From Octopus sinensis (lineage: Eukaryota): 64,000 bases of DNA. Below the pieces are notes generated by a model. It saw only the letters and a program-made list of their open reading frames with translations. It had not been told where the DNA came from and made no database searches. The stretch's first letter is position 1; each line of letters starts with the position of its first letter. Shown in pieces: positions 1 through 13,253 of the stretch. A program made the translations under genes and the position numbers. The DNA lies in the NCBI RefSeq assembly GCF_006345805.1, contig NC_042998.1:60326001-60390000 (forward strand). The letters run 5' to 3'.

Positions 1-456
1 GGACGGAAACTGGGAGTTAAATATTTATTAAATCAAGTCAAAAGTATACCCGACTATTCTAATAGGCTTTTTCTGTGGTTAAAGGAGGTTGAATAGAATT
101 AATATTAAACTTAGTTACATCGATGACGTTCAATCGATATATTTTATAATGATGCACTTTTAAGTTGAGTCTTAGGCTATTTGGAAGTTTCCATACCTGC
201 ATGTGTTGCTATGATTTATAAGAAAGAAAGATGTTTTAAACTTGTGATAATAACGATATTTAGTTGAAAGTTAGGCCAGATAATGTTCAGACATATACCT
301 CTATCATTCGACAACGCTCCTTTGTGTATAGGATATCATACTACCTGATACCTGCTTGAAAATGCTTAAAAGTTTTCCCATGTAGATGTAAATATTTCAA
401 GGGCTGTTCTAGTCTACATTGTAGCCATTTCAAATTTCAACATATATCCTTCACTT

Positions 457-568
457 TCATTCATATCTTAAATTAGCCACAGATAAATTAACTCCACTTC
501 GAGCCACGCTTTGTTCAATGAAGATGCACAGACGATAACGCTGGATAGCATATGCAGCTGCACATACT
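457..568 (-). CDS. Candidate terminal exon of an unidentified host gene (..R-VCAAAYAIQRYRLCIFIEQSVARSGVNLSVANLRYE*)
   Basis: Minus-strand acceptor gtgtttctacttcacag, then 1 nt plus 36 open codons to TGA. Phase 2 is compatible with candidate exon 13117-13253. No homology recognised. Confidence 0.25.
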
Positions 569-934
569 CTGTGAAGTAGAAACACTTGTCGGTCATTTTA
601 ACCAACTACTTATACTGTATGAGCAACTATAAAATTAAAGGGAAAATTTGGTGATGTACCAATCTCCATACTCTTTGTAATTGCTTGAAATATATATATG
701 TGTGTGTGTGTATGTGTGTGTGTGTAAATATATATATAGAAATATATATATATATATTAATTCCAAGAAAGTTAGAGGTTGTGAATCCAACCAACTAAGG
801 GATAATATCTATCCAATATACTGCTGGTAGAATACCCAATTATTAATATACAAGTGTTTTCTATTGCATTGCAATTACATTACCGAGTGTACTAAATTGG
901 TGAGGGTAAAGAGGTATTTTGCTATTAATTTATA

Positions 935-1322
935 GAGTAATAAGAAAATGGACGGGATCAATAGGTGGTTCATCAACTTTTAGACATTATCTTATGTCAA
1001 TTTATTTATTTGCTTACTAAGATGACAATTACAAGAATATACATACATGTATAACATATTGTGCTTTACATATAAAATATAAAAGATACTAGTAATTTTT
1101 CAAATATAACATACAGGAATAGAAATTGGGAAAAGAAATTCATGTATGTTATATTTTTAAAATTACTGTTATCTTTTATATTTTATATGTAAAGCATAAT
1201 ATGTTATACACGTATGCATATTCTTGTAATTGTCATTTTAGTAAATAAATAAATAAATTGACATAATATAATGTCTAAAAGTTGATGAACCACTTATTGA
1301 TCCCCTCCATTTTCTTATTGCT

Positions 1323-1323
<1 letters not shown>
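935..1323. repeat. Long AT-rich inverted repeat (foldback), about 185-bp arms and about 17-nt loop
   Basis: gagtaataagaaaatggacgggatcaataggtggttcatcaac... (935-1120) is the reverse complement of ...gttgatgaaccacttattgatcccctccattttcttattgctc (1138-1323), with scattered mismatches. It abuts (AT)n. Confidence 0.9.
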
Positions 1324-1371
<48 letters not shown>

Positions 1372-1374
<3 letters not shown>

Positions 1375-2623
1375 GGGTTGGACAAACCAATGGAAACACC
1401 TTAAAATTTCAAACAAATTAATTTTAATATGGGAAAGGACTGCCTTTGGCAGTAATTACAGCTTGAATTCTACGAGATGTGGACTCGTACAAAGTTTGAA
1501 TTGTTTCCAAAGGAATTTTTGTCCATTCGTCAGCTAAAACAGTCACCAGTTCTTGTAGTGATGATGGTAGAGGATATCGACTTTTTACTTGTTTTTCTAA
1601 AATGCACCTTAAATGTTCAATAATATTGAGATCTGGGGACTGTGGTGACCAGATAAGATTTTCAACTTTACGAGAATGTTCCTCATGCCATTCAGTGACA
1701 ACTTTAGCTGTGTGAATTTATGCATTATCATCCTGAAAGATTGCGTTTCACTCCGGAAACGGTTCCGCAACCAGAGGGTGAATTTGATCTGTTAAAATGT
1801 TTAAATAGTCTTAACTATTAATTCTGCCGTGAAGGGAAACCATTGGGCCGCGGATTTCCAAGATATAGCCCCACCCACCTCGCCAGATCATCACAGATCA
1901 TCCTCCTTGTTTAACAGTTGGAAGAAGGCAGTCTTGGTCAAATGCTTCTTTTAGATGTCTCCACATGTATACTCGGCTGGTGGTCGGAAATAAGGTAAAA
2001 GATGACTCGTCCAAGAATATAACATTCTTCCACTGCTCTAGGGACCAATTCTGTAGGTTTTTACTCCACTCTAAACGTTTTGCAACGTTTGTTTTTGAAA
2101 GTAGTGGTTTTCTGATTGCAGCCCTCCTGTAAAATCCAGCTTTGTGCAGCTCCCAATGAACAGTTTTTGTGGAAACTGAGTTCTCGAGGTGGTCAAAAAG
2201 CTCTGCAGTAATTTTGGGAGCTGTATTTTTGTGATCTTTTCTAACAATTTACGTAAGAGTCCGACGGTCCCTATCTGAAAGTTTTGGTTTTCATCTGAAG
2301 ATTTGTTTTGACGAGTAGGCTTTACCCCTCTTTCTCAAAGGCTGTTTTTTACTTTCGAGAGAGTACTTCTTGATACACCAAACATTTCGGCTGTTTTTGT
2401 TACGCTCGCGACTGCCATACGAGCACCAACAATCTGACCTCTTTGAAAGTCCGATAGATCTGTCATTTTAATGAATTTTAATCCTTTTTTTGATGATATC
2501 TGAAAAGAAACAGCAATTTTAAATCAAAAAGCATAAAAATAAGCAAGCTTTTGACAGTGTTATAGATATTTCAAAATGATGATGCTATGGTGCTAGGTGT
2601 TTCCATTATTTTGTCCAACCCCG
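1372..2623 (-). mobile_element. Tc1-family DNA transposon, full length, decayed transposase
   Basis: TIRs caggggttggacaaaccaatggaaacacct / aggtgtttccattattttgtccaaccccg, flanked by TA within (TA)n. Minus strand from 2466 reads MTDLSDFQRGQIVGARMAVASVTKTAEMFGVSRST (Tc1 HTH). Frameshifts downstream. Confidence 0.9.
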
Positions 2624-2637
2624 TATATATATATATG

Positions 2638-2741
<104 letters not shown>

Positions 2742-2841
2742 AAGTTAATCCAAACAAAAAAGCACAAAAAAACACAACAACGCGAGGACGTGGAGCAAAT
2801 ATAGTATTATTGGACGCTCAGGAAAGAAGGAAATAAAGAGG

Positions 2842-2876
2842 GTTTAACGTTTCGAGCGGAGCTCTTCGTCGGAAAC
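2842..2876 (-). ncRNA. Minimal type-I hammerhead motif (U4C core) in a short (about 175 bp) PLE-type element at 2741-2915
   Basis: Minus: gttt CCGACGA a gagc-tcc-gctc GAAAC GU U aaac. Helix I is 4 bp, helix II 4 bp, helix III is palindromic ACGU. The element is flanked by (AT)n. Confidence 0.65.
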
Positions 2877-2911
2877 ATAGGAGAAGGAAAGATCCAGAGA
2901 AGTGAAGACGG

Positions 2912-2959
<48 letters not shown>

Positions 2960-3141
2960 TTATAGTGATGAATTATATATGATTATTGACCGTTTTAAAG
3001 TCTATTCTCAGGATATTTGGCATAGGAATTCTTTTTCATTTGCCCTTATTTATAAAGTTGTTTATAATTTTCACCTTAAAAGGTATTTTTTAATATGCTG
3101 GCCACTGATAAATAATTTTGAAAATTTTATCCTAATATATG

Positions 3142-3212
<71 letters not shown>

Positions 3213-3215
<3 letters not shown>

Positions 3216-3345
3216 TAGGTGTGGCTGTGTGGTAAGACGTTTGCTTTCCAGCCACATGGTTCCGGATTCAGTGTCTTCTAATACAGCCTCGAGCCGACCA
3301 AAGCCTTGAGTATTTAGTAGACGAAAACTGAAAGAATCCTGTCGC

Positions 3346-3350
<5 letters not shown>
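3213..3350 (+). mobile_element. tRNA-derived octopod SINE, head fragment
   Basis: gtggctgtgtggtaag...ccacatggttccggattcag..gtgtcttcta..agcctcgagccgaccaaagcc, matching the full copy at 48542. Confidence 0.8.
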
Positions 3351-3380
<30 letters not shown>

Positions 3381-3514
3381 TTGTGCTAGAAATACCAGCG
3401 AAAATAATTATTTTCATTTTTATTTTATCGCAATTTGATTTGTTTATATATATATATATATATACATACATACATATATATGTTATATACATACACATTC
3501 GTATACAAACATTC

Positions 3515-4768
3515 ATGACCGAAGAAGACTATTGCTGACCTTTAGAAACATTGTGCGCTCTGGGATTAACATATCTTGCATTTGCGGCCCCGTTTGTGTC
3601 TAATGAGCCCTGCTCTTGACAAGCATAAACGACTACAAACAATGCAAACCAAGCTTTCCCCATTCACTATGCTATCAGTACGCTTTCGAGCAGCATGCTT
3701 AAATTCTTCATGCAGAATACGTGTTCTTTCAAAGCTGTCAACCACCTCTTTAACCTGCTTCTTCCAACTGTGCTGATGACAGGCATTGCTCTCCTAGTCG
3801 GTTTCCTGCATATCACAGGCTTTTAATGACGACTTGACACAGTCCTTAAATTGCAGCCTTGGTTTCTGCCGGGGCTCACCACTAACATGTTCTTCATATA
3901 GCATTTGTTTAGGGATTCTACTATCCTTCTTTCTAATGAGATGTCCAGGCCAACGTAACCGGTCCTTGTGCACCATTGCCTCAATACTCATGATATCAGC
4001 TTTCCTCAGGACCTGTGTGTCTGGAGTTTTTAAGGTCCAGCCAATATTCAAAATGTGTGTCAGACATCTCTGATGAAAGCGTTCAAGGACTTTTGCATGA
4101 TGTTTGTAAAGTGTCCATGTCTCACATGAGTAAAGGAGCGATGTCAGTACATATGCACGGCACACAGGATTTCTTGTTTGCCTTGTGATGCCATGCTAGG
4201 ACCAGGCACGAGACTCTAGAGACCTGAAGGTATCAGTAACTCTTTGCAGCCTGAAAGATAATTCATCATCCAGAGAGCAAGAACGACTAAATGTGCTGCC
4301 CACGTAGATACTTGCCAATCACTTTCAGTATTGTTCCTTCAACCAAGATAGCTGATTCCGCATATGGATTTCCTGGTGCAGGCTGGAACATTACAATAGT
4401 CTTGTTTGGTCTAATGCTGAGTCCAAATGCCTTGCAAGAAGCAAAAATGCAATTCATAAGTATTTGCATGCCATCCACTGTATGAGTGTCTAAGAGGCAG
4501 CCAGAAGATTGATACCTGACATATATTCCCAGAGAGCTAACCTTAGTAAAAGCATGAATAAAAGCAACAGTAAAGTACAAAGAAAAGAGAGTTGGGGCAA
4601 GGATATCACCATGCCACCACCAACATTGAGCCAAACCTCCATCCCATCATGAAATGATTTAATTATAAATACAAAGTGATCTGGACATCTAAGTTTGCCA
4701 AGTATTTTCCATAGCAAGGCCCTATTCACAGTATCGAAGGCCTTGACTAAATCAATGAATACCTGGAC
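3515..4768 (-). mobile_element. RTE-clade LINE, 5'-truncated and decayed RT
   Basis: ORF pieces DLVKAFDTVNRALLWKILGKL, ILAPTLFSLYF, YVLTSLLYSCETWTLY..LERFHQRCL, RLRWPGHLIRKKDSRIPKQMLY, QFKDCVKSSLKAC. Confidence 0.9.
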
Positions 4769-4782
4769 ATATATATATATCT

Positions 4783-5240
4783 TTTTTCTTGTATTTGTTT
4801 CAGTCATTAGACTGTGGCCATACTGGGACATCACCTCGAAGAGTTTTAGTCGAATGAGTCGACTTATCTCTTTAAACCTGGTACTTATTCTATTGGTTGC
4901 TTTTGCCTAACCACTAAGTTACAGGAATGTGAAGGAAGGTAAACACCCCAACACCTGCTGTCAAGCTGTGGTTGGGAAGAAACACAGACACAAAGACACG
5001 CACACACATGCACGCACATGCGTGCGCACACACACATACACACGCGTGCACAAACACACACCACAAACTCACACCACAAACTCACACACATAAAGTATAT
5101 ATACGAAGGCTTTTTTCAGTTTCTACCAAATCCACTCACAATGCTTCGTCGCCCCGAGGCTTAATGTAAAAGTCACTTGCTGAAGGTACCACGCAATGGG
5201 ACTGAAACCAAAACCGTGTGGCTGGGAAACAAACTTTTTA
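4783..5240 (-). mobile_element. Octopod SINE (diverged), with internal CA microsatellite
   Basis: Tail tgtttcagtcattagactgtggccatactgg... and head ttcagtttctaccaaatccactcacaa...gtaccacgcaatgggactgaa match other copies in reverse complement. Confidence 0.75.
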
Positions 5241-5332
5241 GGCACTTGGCAAAGATACCGAACGATGAGATGGAACCAGAAACCTCATGGTTGTGAAAAG
5301 TAGATTTCTTCACCCTACTGTTATGCCTACTA

Positions 5333-6624
5333 CGAGGGGCGTTCAATAAGTAATGCCCCTGACCCACTTCCCATAGAAGTAAAGCAACGAAACGTGGCAC
5401 AGTTATTAGTCTTTTTCTACATAGGAACCACCCAGAGTTACGCATTTCTCCCATCGTTTGATGCAGATCTGGAGACCGTTTTTGTAGAAGACCCCAGCTT
5501 GGTCCTCCAACCTGAACGTGACTTCAGAAATCAAGGCTGCATCATCTGGGAAACGCTTTCCTTTCAAAAACAACTTCATGGCTGGGAAGAGGTGAGAATC
5601 AGAGGGTGCAAGGTCAGGAGAGTAAGGGGGATGGGGAGGAGTTCATAGCCGCACGCCTGTGCTTCTGATCTGGTGACACGCGAGTTGTGGACCGGAACGT
5701 TGTCCTGCAGGAGGAAGATGCCTTTGCTGATCTTGCCCCGCCTCTTGATTTTGATAGCTTCTCTTAATTTCCTCAAAAGTGAAGCATAATAGGCTCCTGT
5801 AATTATGGTACCTTTTGCCAGGAAATCTGTCATCACTACTCCGTCCTGGTCCCAGAAGACTGTGAGCATGACCTTGCCAGTGGAGGGTTGCACCCTTGCC
5901 TTCTTTGGAGGCGGTGAGTCACGGTGCTTCCACTGCATTGACTGGGCTTTGGTCTCTGGATCATAGTGATGGACCCAGGTTTCATCCTGTGTAATCAGAC
6001 TTTTGAAAAAATTTGACTCATCTTCTTGGCACATCTCCAAATTCATCCTCGAGCACTCGACGCGTTCTTGCTTCTGGAAAGGTGTGAGCAACCTGGGAAT
6101 CCATCTGGCAGACACCTTTTGCATATGCAAATGGTCATGAATGATAGTTTCCACAGACCTGGTACTAATCTTGACCTTATGGGCTATTTGGCGAATAGTT
6201 ATGCGTCGATCTTCCAAAATGGCAGCCTCAACTTGACAGAGAGATACCTCAACATTGGCAGAAGGGGGGCAACCAGATCTGGGAGCTGTTTCCACAGAGT
6301 TTCGACCATGTTTGAATTCACGATGCCAGCGTTTTACAAGTTCATATGATGGGGCATCATCACCATAAGTTACTTTCATTTCATCAAAAGTCTCTCGTGG
6401 TGTGCGTCCTTTCAAATACAAAAACCGGATCACTGTTCGACACTCAACAGGCTCCATTTCACACTTAACTCAGTCCAAACACCTGTAAATCAGAAACCAC
6501 AATTATTTCAGGGCTGTAATTTATCACTTAATCTGAAGAGATATAAATAATTGCACATGCAAAATTTCAGCTGGATCAAACAACTGCAAGTGGGTCAGGG
6601 GCATTACTTAATGAACGTCCCTCG
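5333..6624 (-). mobile_element. Mariner DNA transposon, full length (1292 bp) with TA TSD
   Basis: TIRs cgaggggcgttcaataagtaatgcccctgacccactt / aagtgggtcaggggcattacttaatgaacgtccctcg, TA on both sides, transposase inside. Confidence 0.97.
5406..6457 (-). pseudogene. Mariner D,D34D transposase with one frameshift near the YSPDL motif
   Basis: 293-aa ORF with WIPRLL, TQDETW and LQDNVPVH. The shifted frame continues SPDLAPSDSHLFPAMK...RWEKCVTLGGSYVEKD*. Confidence 0.92.
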
Positions 6625-7239
6625 TATATAACTTTTGAACACACAAATTTATAGATTACCATGTGATAATGCGATGCAACGTGACAAGCCACACATTGAA
6701 ATAAATATCAAGGTGAAAATGATAGTGATATAATATATTGGATATCTTGTTATATAACAAGCTATCTAGCATGTACGATGCTGAAGTGACACAAGACGGC
6801 AATGGATTGCAACATAGTATGCTATAGTGAGATTATGGAAGATTTCCATGTGGTTGATTGATCGTAAGTGGTTAGGAATATGCAGTGTTTAAAGTAAGTT
6901 GATTATATACATTAGGTTACTCGCGTGTAAACTAAGATACAGCATCTTCGAAATTACGAACAGTTTTTGTCGGTATCACAACGGGAGTGCATTTGGGAGA
7001 AATTTGACGACAAATTGGTAACATCACTTATTTTGATATCCTTACCAAGTTACCAGAAAACTAGGCATAAGTTCCTCACATTTCATTCCTTAGAAACATC
7101 ATGTTTTTAGACATGTACATTCTTTTGGTCGAGAAAATTGAGTATTTTTCCTTTGATTTGTTTATTTTGTTTCCATAATGTATTGCTGTGCTGATTTTTC
7201 TTACATAGCTATTTAGGACGACTCTGTAGTGACTTCAGT

Positions 7240-8767
7240 CATTATTTCGAAACATGAAAGCTTTGCCTTAAACGAGTTCTGGTTTGAGCTGGCTCTGGTA
7301 AACAATACCTAGAATAGATTCTTGTGGAAAACTAAAGATTTCCTATTGACATCGAAATCCTATGTTGGTATCCGAAGCGGAGTCTTTCCCTATGAGGACA
7401 GACACGCCTCTTTCTCCTTGGTTGGCAAGTTATTTAGTGATGGCGTCAAAATAAAAATACTCATTTTCAGTGATCCTAAACTGATTTAGGAATAAATAGG
7501 CTTTCCCATTTCCTAGCCTTGTACTTTTCCTTATCTTTCGGATAGATATAAATGCCTTAAATATTATTTATTTCTTCCTTAGGATATTGAACACTCGTCT
7601 CTATCGAATTCTTGTCTACAAGTTTTCATTACATCTCAGAGTGTTTTGTATATGTTCTCTTGTTGAGGGTATAGGCTTAATCACAGTTTTTGGTACTAAG
7701 GCTGGATAGCTAGAAGCCTGAACTCTGGTAGATCATTGAAAGAGGCTACTATATCAATAGTTCTATAATATCAGGGTATTTGCTGTCAAATTTCGCATGG
7801 AGATTGCCCCCAGTACGTATGTCAGCTGGTCATTTCTGTGATCACATCAAGAGATCATCTGGCACCCTCATTCGCTTGGTCTGGTTTCTAATAAGCAGTA
7901 TGATTTACGTATTTTGCCTTCTGACCCTGACAGTGATGTGGGAACGGTTCTACTGTACTTTAGATAGATGTGGTGATGCAAGTATTATTGACCTTGACAT
8001 ATCGAAAACATTTGTCCGAATTTGATATGATGATCTCTTCTACAAGCATAAGATTTTTTCAATATTTTTGCTTTTTCGGTGATCATAGCATTAAAATTGT
8101 TTTAAATGGCAATCATTCTTTTTATTTCTCCGTTTCATATGGTGATCCTGAAGTTTCTATTTCTTTTCTATCTTTGTGGATGATGCTGTATATTTTTGCT
8201 TGAAAAGCAAGGCTGATCGGGTGAAAATGGCCGGTTCTCTTGACTAGGCAGTGTGCTCAGTAGCTCGTTGTTTTCAATCCTGCAAAAACTAGACTTCGTT
8301 CCACTGATCGTTACAGGCACTCAGTTATTCCTATTTTTATGTTTGATACTGTTCTCCCGGAATCTTTTAGTCTTCGTCTTGTAGAATTATTTATTCTATT
8401 GATCTTACATGGAATGATTACAGTCAATCTATTGCTAAATCAGCTATCATAGAGGCTGGTTCTTCATATTGAGCTCGTCACTATCCTTTGTCCGAATGTA
8501 TACTTCTCTTATTCACCCATGCATAGGACACTATTATCACATTTAGGCTGGTTCCACTGTTCGTGCTCCTTCTTTCCTTCATCGAGTTCGAAAGTGAATT
8601 TTTAACATTGGTCCTTTTCTTGTTACCGCCGAGAAATTTGTTTCTTTATCTCTGTTCCATAAATACTTTCATATCTATTATTTTACAGGACACTCTTCTT
8701 TAGTACCTCTTTTAAGGTTATCAAACGAGTGACTCTTCTTTTTGTTAATTCCCATCCTTTCACTGAT
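7240..8767 (+). mobile_element. Old, heavily decayed CR1/Jockey-group LINE (RT region), interrupted by the younger CR1
   Basis: Remnant GDASIIDLDISKTFVRI (cf. ALDISKAFDRVW) near 7970-8025, and NSHPFT at about 8745-8765. Confidence 0.5.
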
Positions 8768-11643
8768 GTTAGTTAGTTAGTTAGTTAGTTAGTAGTTAGT
8801 TAGTTAGTTAATTTGGCTCAAAAGCAAATAGCAAGGCCATGTAGGGGGACATGGAGTTAAGTACAGGGTGGTGTTCATGTAAAGAGTTCAGGCCACTTGA
8901 GGTCAAGGGAGGCTTTGAACAAAGCGGTCGTCGGCATCTTCACCATCACGTCTGGCAGCTTGTTCCACGGATCCGCAACCCGGACGGAGAAAGCTCCTCT
9001 CCTTCGATTGAGATGAAATCGTCGCAGGTAGAGCTTTTCGGAATGACCCCGCAGCCGACGCTCTGGAGCAGGAGTGAAGAACAGCTCTTTCGAGAGGTTA
9101 CACTTTCCGCTTATGATGTTGTGGGCGAGAATGAGATCACCACGGCGGCGGCGTTTTTCAAGAGAATAAAGGTCGAGCGTCCTCAGCCTTTCTTCGTAGG
9201 ACAAATTTTGAGACCATGAACCATGCGGGTAGCCAGCTTCTGGACTCTTTCGAGATGCTGTATGTCTTTGAGGAGATAAGGAGAAGAGGCTTGAATCCCA
9301 TACTCCAATATGGGTCTCACCAGCGATAGAGTGGTAGGAATATGGCTGCTGTGAGCATTCCGAATGACCGTCGAATCAAGAACAGAATTCCGCGTGCTTT
9401 GTTGGCAGCATGGACGCACTGGGCCGAAGGCGAAAAGGAGGAATCCACCAAGATACCTAGGTCCTTTACCTGATCGGTCCTCTCCAGCAGCAGACGACCC
9501 GGCTCGAAATCAAGTTGAGTTGCAGGAGTAGAGCCGACAGGCAGATGACAGCACTTTGACACGTTCAGACACAGGTCCCAATTGTTAGACCACTTCCAAA
9601 TTTGGTGGAGGCATCGACGAAGATCCTCTATATTACCGCGAGGAGCGACCAGTTTGATATCGTCGGCAAATAGAAGGGTGTGTTGCGTGAGGTCGTCGGG
9701 CAAGTCATTTATGAAGACTAAGAACAACAAGGGCCCAAGCACTGAACCTTGAGGCACGCCACTGCTCGCACTGGAGACGTCGGACCGCGAACCATTAACT
9801 TGGACTTGGAAGGAGCGATCTGAGAGGAAGGCACCAACCCATCGTACAATATCCGGATGGAAACTATATGCTTGAAGCTTGACAAGCAAGAGGCGGTGGT
9901 TTACCGAGTCAAAAGCTTTGGCAAAGTCCAGTAAAACGATGTCAACAGCATCACTATCATCGAGGATGCGCGTCACCAATTCTTCCATTACTAGTAGGTT
10001 GGTCAAGCATGATCTCTTCGGCACGAAGCCGTGTTGGGAATCAGAGATAGAGGCTGTGTGTTTAGGAGGTGGAGCATCATACTTTTCTTAAGGATGGTTT
10101 CGAACATCTTGCTGATAATTGATGTAAGGGAAACCGGTCGGTAGTTAAGCGGGTCTTCGCGGCTCCCTTTCTTGAAAATTGGGCAGATTATCGCTGTTCT
10201 CCAGTCAGCAGGTATAACACCCGTCGCCAATGACATATTGAATAGTCGTGTTAAGGGCTCGCAGATGACTGGAGCCAACGCTTTGAAACCCGTGGGTGTA
10301 TGCCGTCAGGGCCGTGACCTTTGTTGACATCGAGGCCTTGAATAACACGTTTGACTTCGTCCCGCGTGATGACCAATCGAAGCATTGGAGGTACCGATCT
10401 ATCAAATGGAGGGGGTTCACGACCATCATCTTGTTTGAAAATAGTTGAAAAAGCCTCGGCAAATAATTGACTCTGTTGATAAGGGTCCTCAATCGATACG
10501 CCTGTTGAGTCTACCAACGTTGCAATCTGGTTGTTCAAGCGGAAATTCCGCTGGACATGGGCAAAGAAGGTTTTTGGATTGCTACTGGCATTTGCCGCGA
10601 TTTTGTATTCGTAACTGAAGCGTTCTTTCTTTTCAATTTTCACGGCTCGGTCTCGTTGAGTTTTGTACACCTCAAAAGCTGCAGTCGAATCCAGATTTTT
10701 TAATTCAGCCCAAGCAATATCTCTGAGTCGGCGTTCTCGTTTAAACCTCTTCGTCACCCAGGGCTTGTGTTTCTTCCTCTTGGGAAGCCCAACGGGAACT
10801 GCCTGGTCAGTCAAACAGATTACATATGCTTTGGGGATGACCATAGTTCGTCAACTGAGGCAACGTCATCAGGGATCGCCAGTCCAGAAGCGCGGAAGCC
10901 TCGGTTGAATTTCAAGATTAATTGCAGAGAAGACTCTACGTGGCAGCGAAGTAGTCGTGGGCGTAGAAAAAGTTGTGTGCATGACGAACTTCAGGACCGC
11001 ATGATCACTCTTGGCAAGGGGGCGCACACAGATACGTCTGACGCTGATCTTGGATAGCGGGAGAATACCAGATCTAGCATAGATGGCTGCTGCCCAGACC
11101 GATGCCTTGTCGGATATTCAACATGTTGCGATAGAAAACAATCTTCAGCCACGTCAAGAAGGGCCTAGCCGAACCGGGAAGATGTTGTGCAAATGATGCG
11201 GGCCAATCGATTGTGGGAGCGTTGAAGTCTCCTAGTACCAACAGTCATGCAGCAGCTGAAACGAATCTTATCGCTTCGAGTAGATGAGCATCGTCCTGGG
11301 GGTCGGCAAGAGGCGCCTGTAGACAGCCAACACGGGCAGGCAAAACTCAGATAGGCTCAGCTTGCAATAGACGGCATCGAATTTTGTTGTAGGCTGAGCA
11401 TTAGTGGGTAGAATACCGCTGGACGGTTTGTGCTCAGACTTAACATACACAGCAACACCTCCACCTCGCCTTTTTCCTCTGTCACATCTGAAAAGGACGT
11501 AGCCCTGCAGGTGGATTTCTGAGTCCTTTACTGCTGGAGTCAGCCAAGTCTCGGTGATAGCTATCACATCAGGGGAGTCACGTATGGCCAGTGTAAATAG
11601 TTCACTGAGCTTTGGGAATAAGGAGCACGAGTTGATGTAAGAT
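8768..11643 (-). mobile_element. CR1-clade LINE (APE + RT), 5'-truncated, (TAAC)n tail
   Basis: APE: DVIAITETWL, RCDRGKRRGGGVAVYVK. RT: LDFAKAFDSVNHRLL, GVPQGSVLGPLLFLVFINDL, LFADDIKL, KDLGILVDS. C-terminus: LYSLEKRRRRGDLI, LRGHSEKL, FSVRVADPWNKLP. Tail (gtta)n at 8768-8810. Confidence 0.96.
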
Positions 11644-11720
11644 ATGTTCCTCTTTCTCTCTCTAAGACACGTTCCTCTCTCTCTCTTTCTCTCTCTCACT
11701 CTCTCTCTATCTTTCTCTCA

Positions 11721-11755
<35 letters not shown>

Positions 11756-11764
11756 ACTCTCTCC

Positions 11765-12055
11765 CTCATAGTTTCTTTCCTCGAACTTCTATCACATGGA
11801 ACTATCTTCCTTCCTGTTTCCCATATAAATATCACCTTAATTCTTTTAAGTCTTTGACATTTTCTTTTTCACAACAGCTTCTCAGTTTTATTTATTCATT
11901 TTTTTGTTCCCCTTTCAACTTATTTACCCTTCCATACCCAACGTACTTAAAGGGTTGCTTGATGTTCTATCGCTCATTTCTTGCCGCCCTTTGGGGGAAG
12001 ACTTTCAACAGAAAACTGTTTAGACTATTACAATACAATAAGTGTTCTCCTTTAT
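11765..12055 (+). mobile_element. 3' end of the old LINE interrupted at 8767
   Basis: HSFFPRTSITWNYLPSCFPYKYHLNSFKSL is a typical LINE ORF2 C-terminus and continues the NSHPFT remnant at 8760. Confidence 0.55.
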
Positions 12056-12713
12056 AAGACACGAAGCATTTACTATGAAGCAGTATCTTACTGCCGATTA
12101 TTCTCTCGGCATTCAAAACATGCAAATATTCGTTGAAATAGTATATTGAGTAGTTTAATGAAAGAACATAGCGTAGTCATCTCAGAAAATTCGATGTGTA
12201 GGAGTTTATTCTTTCCCACGTTATATTCAAAGCTGAATTTAAATAGAATTTTTCAACCTAATAAAACACTAGTCTTATATAGTATTAACGCTGATTACAA
12301 AGATTGTATGTACTTTCATATAATGACGCACATATAGCGATTGTATGTACGTACATACAAATACTGCTCGTTCTGTCACTAACACAATGTGTGTTGTTAA
12401 AGGCCTCCCACCGTGCTGCGCATGCTAGCATTTTATGGCTTATTATTGCCATATATTATATTCTATGTTAATTTTCTCACCTACTCTTCAACTAGAGTTG
12501 TATTTCTTTCACCAGACTGCGATATGTTTTACACACTATGAATGACCATTAAACCATTACATTCACTACGTTACTAACAATACTTGCTAATTAGTTTCAG
12601 ACACCAACATGGCAACGCTCATCTAAATTCTGCATCTATTAATAGATTTTATAGAAAGAAAGAATGTTTGACATTTTTCTACATTCTCTCTCTCTGTCCT
12701 TCCGCCACTGCCA

Positions 12714-12715
<2 letters not shown>

Positions 12716-12801
<86 letters not shown>

Positions 12802-12817
12802 TATATTTATATGTATA

Positions 12818-12861
<44 letters not shown>

Positions 12862-12875
12862 AATACATATATATA

Positions 12876-12930
<55 letters not shown>
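12716..12930. repeat. Long (AT)n microsatellite
   Basis: Directly visible. One of many such tracts (e.g. 1325-1371, 2624-2740, 17500-17580, 27140-27240, 44095-44225, 58000-58100). Confidence 0.98.
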
Positions 12931-12932
<2 letters not shown>

Positions 12933-13116
12933 GAGAGAGAGATTTTACATATATAGACACGTCATGTCTCGTCATGCACACCATGCACACACACACGCAC
13001 ACACTCACACACACACATACACACAATAGTGAACGAGTAGTTTCATATGTGTGCGTGTGCGTAGGTTCTCAAGATATCAGACATTAACTTAAAAAGTGAC
13101 TCTATACAAAACATAC

Positions 13117-13253
13117 CTTCTTACATATAGTCTTTTACTTGTTTCTATGATTGAACTGCGGTCATTCTGAGGACAGGCCTCAAGAGTGAAGCCAGTCAAA
13201 TATACAGCAGTGGTTATTTTAAACTTGGAATTTATTTTATCACTCCCTTTTTG
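13117..13253 (-). CDS. Candidate internal exon of an unidentified host gene (QKGSDKINSKFKITTAVYLTGFTLEACPQNDRSSIIETSKRLYVR)
   Basis: Strong donor AAG|gtatgt. Three nearby AG acceptors (exon ends 13261, 13258 or 13253). Only one frame is open. Non-repetitive sequence. Confidence 0.4.

Noticed and set aside
8851-11057. Plus-strand ORFs overlapping the CR1 element
   Set aside because: Antisense frames of a GC-richer LINE with no protein motifs.
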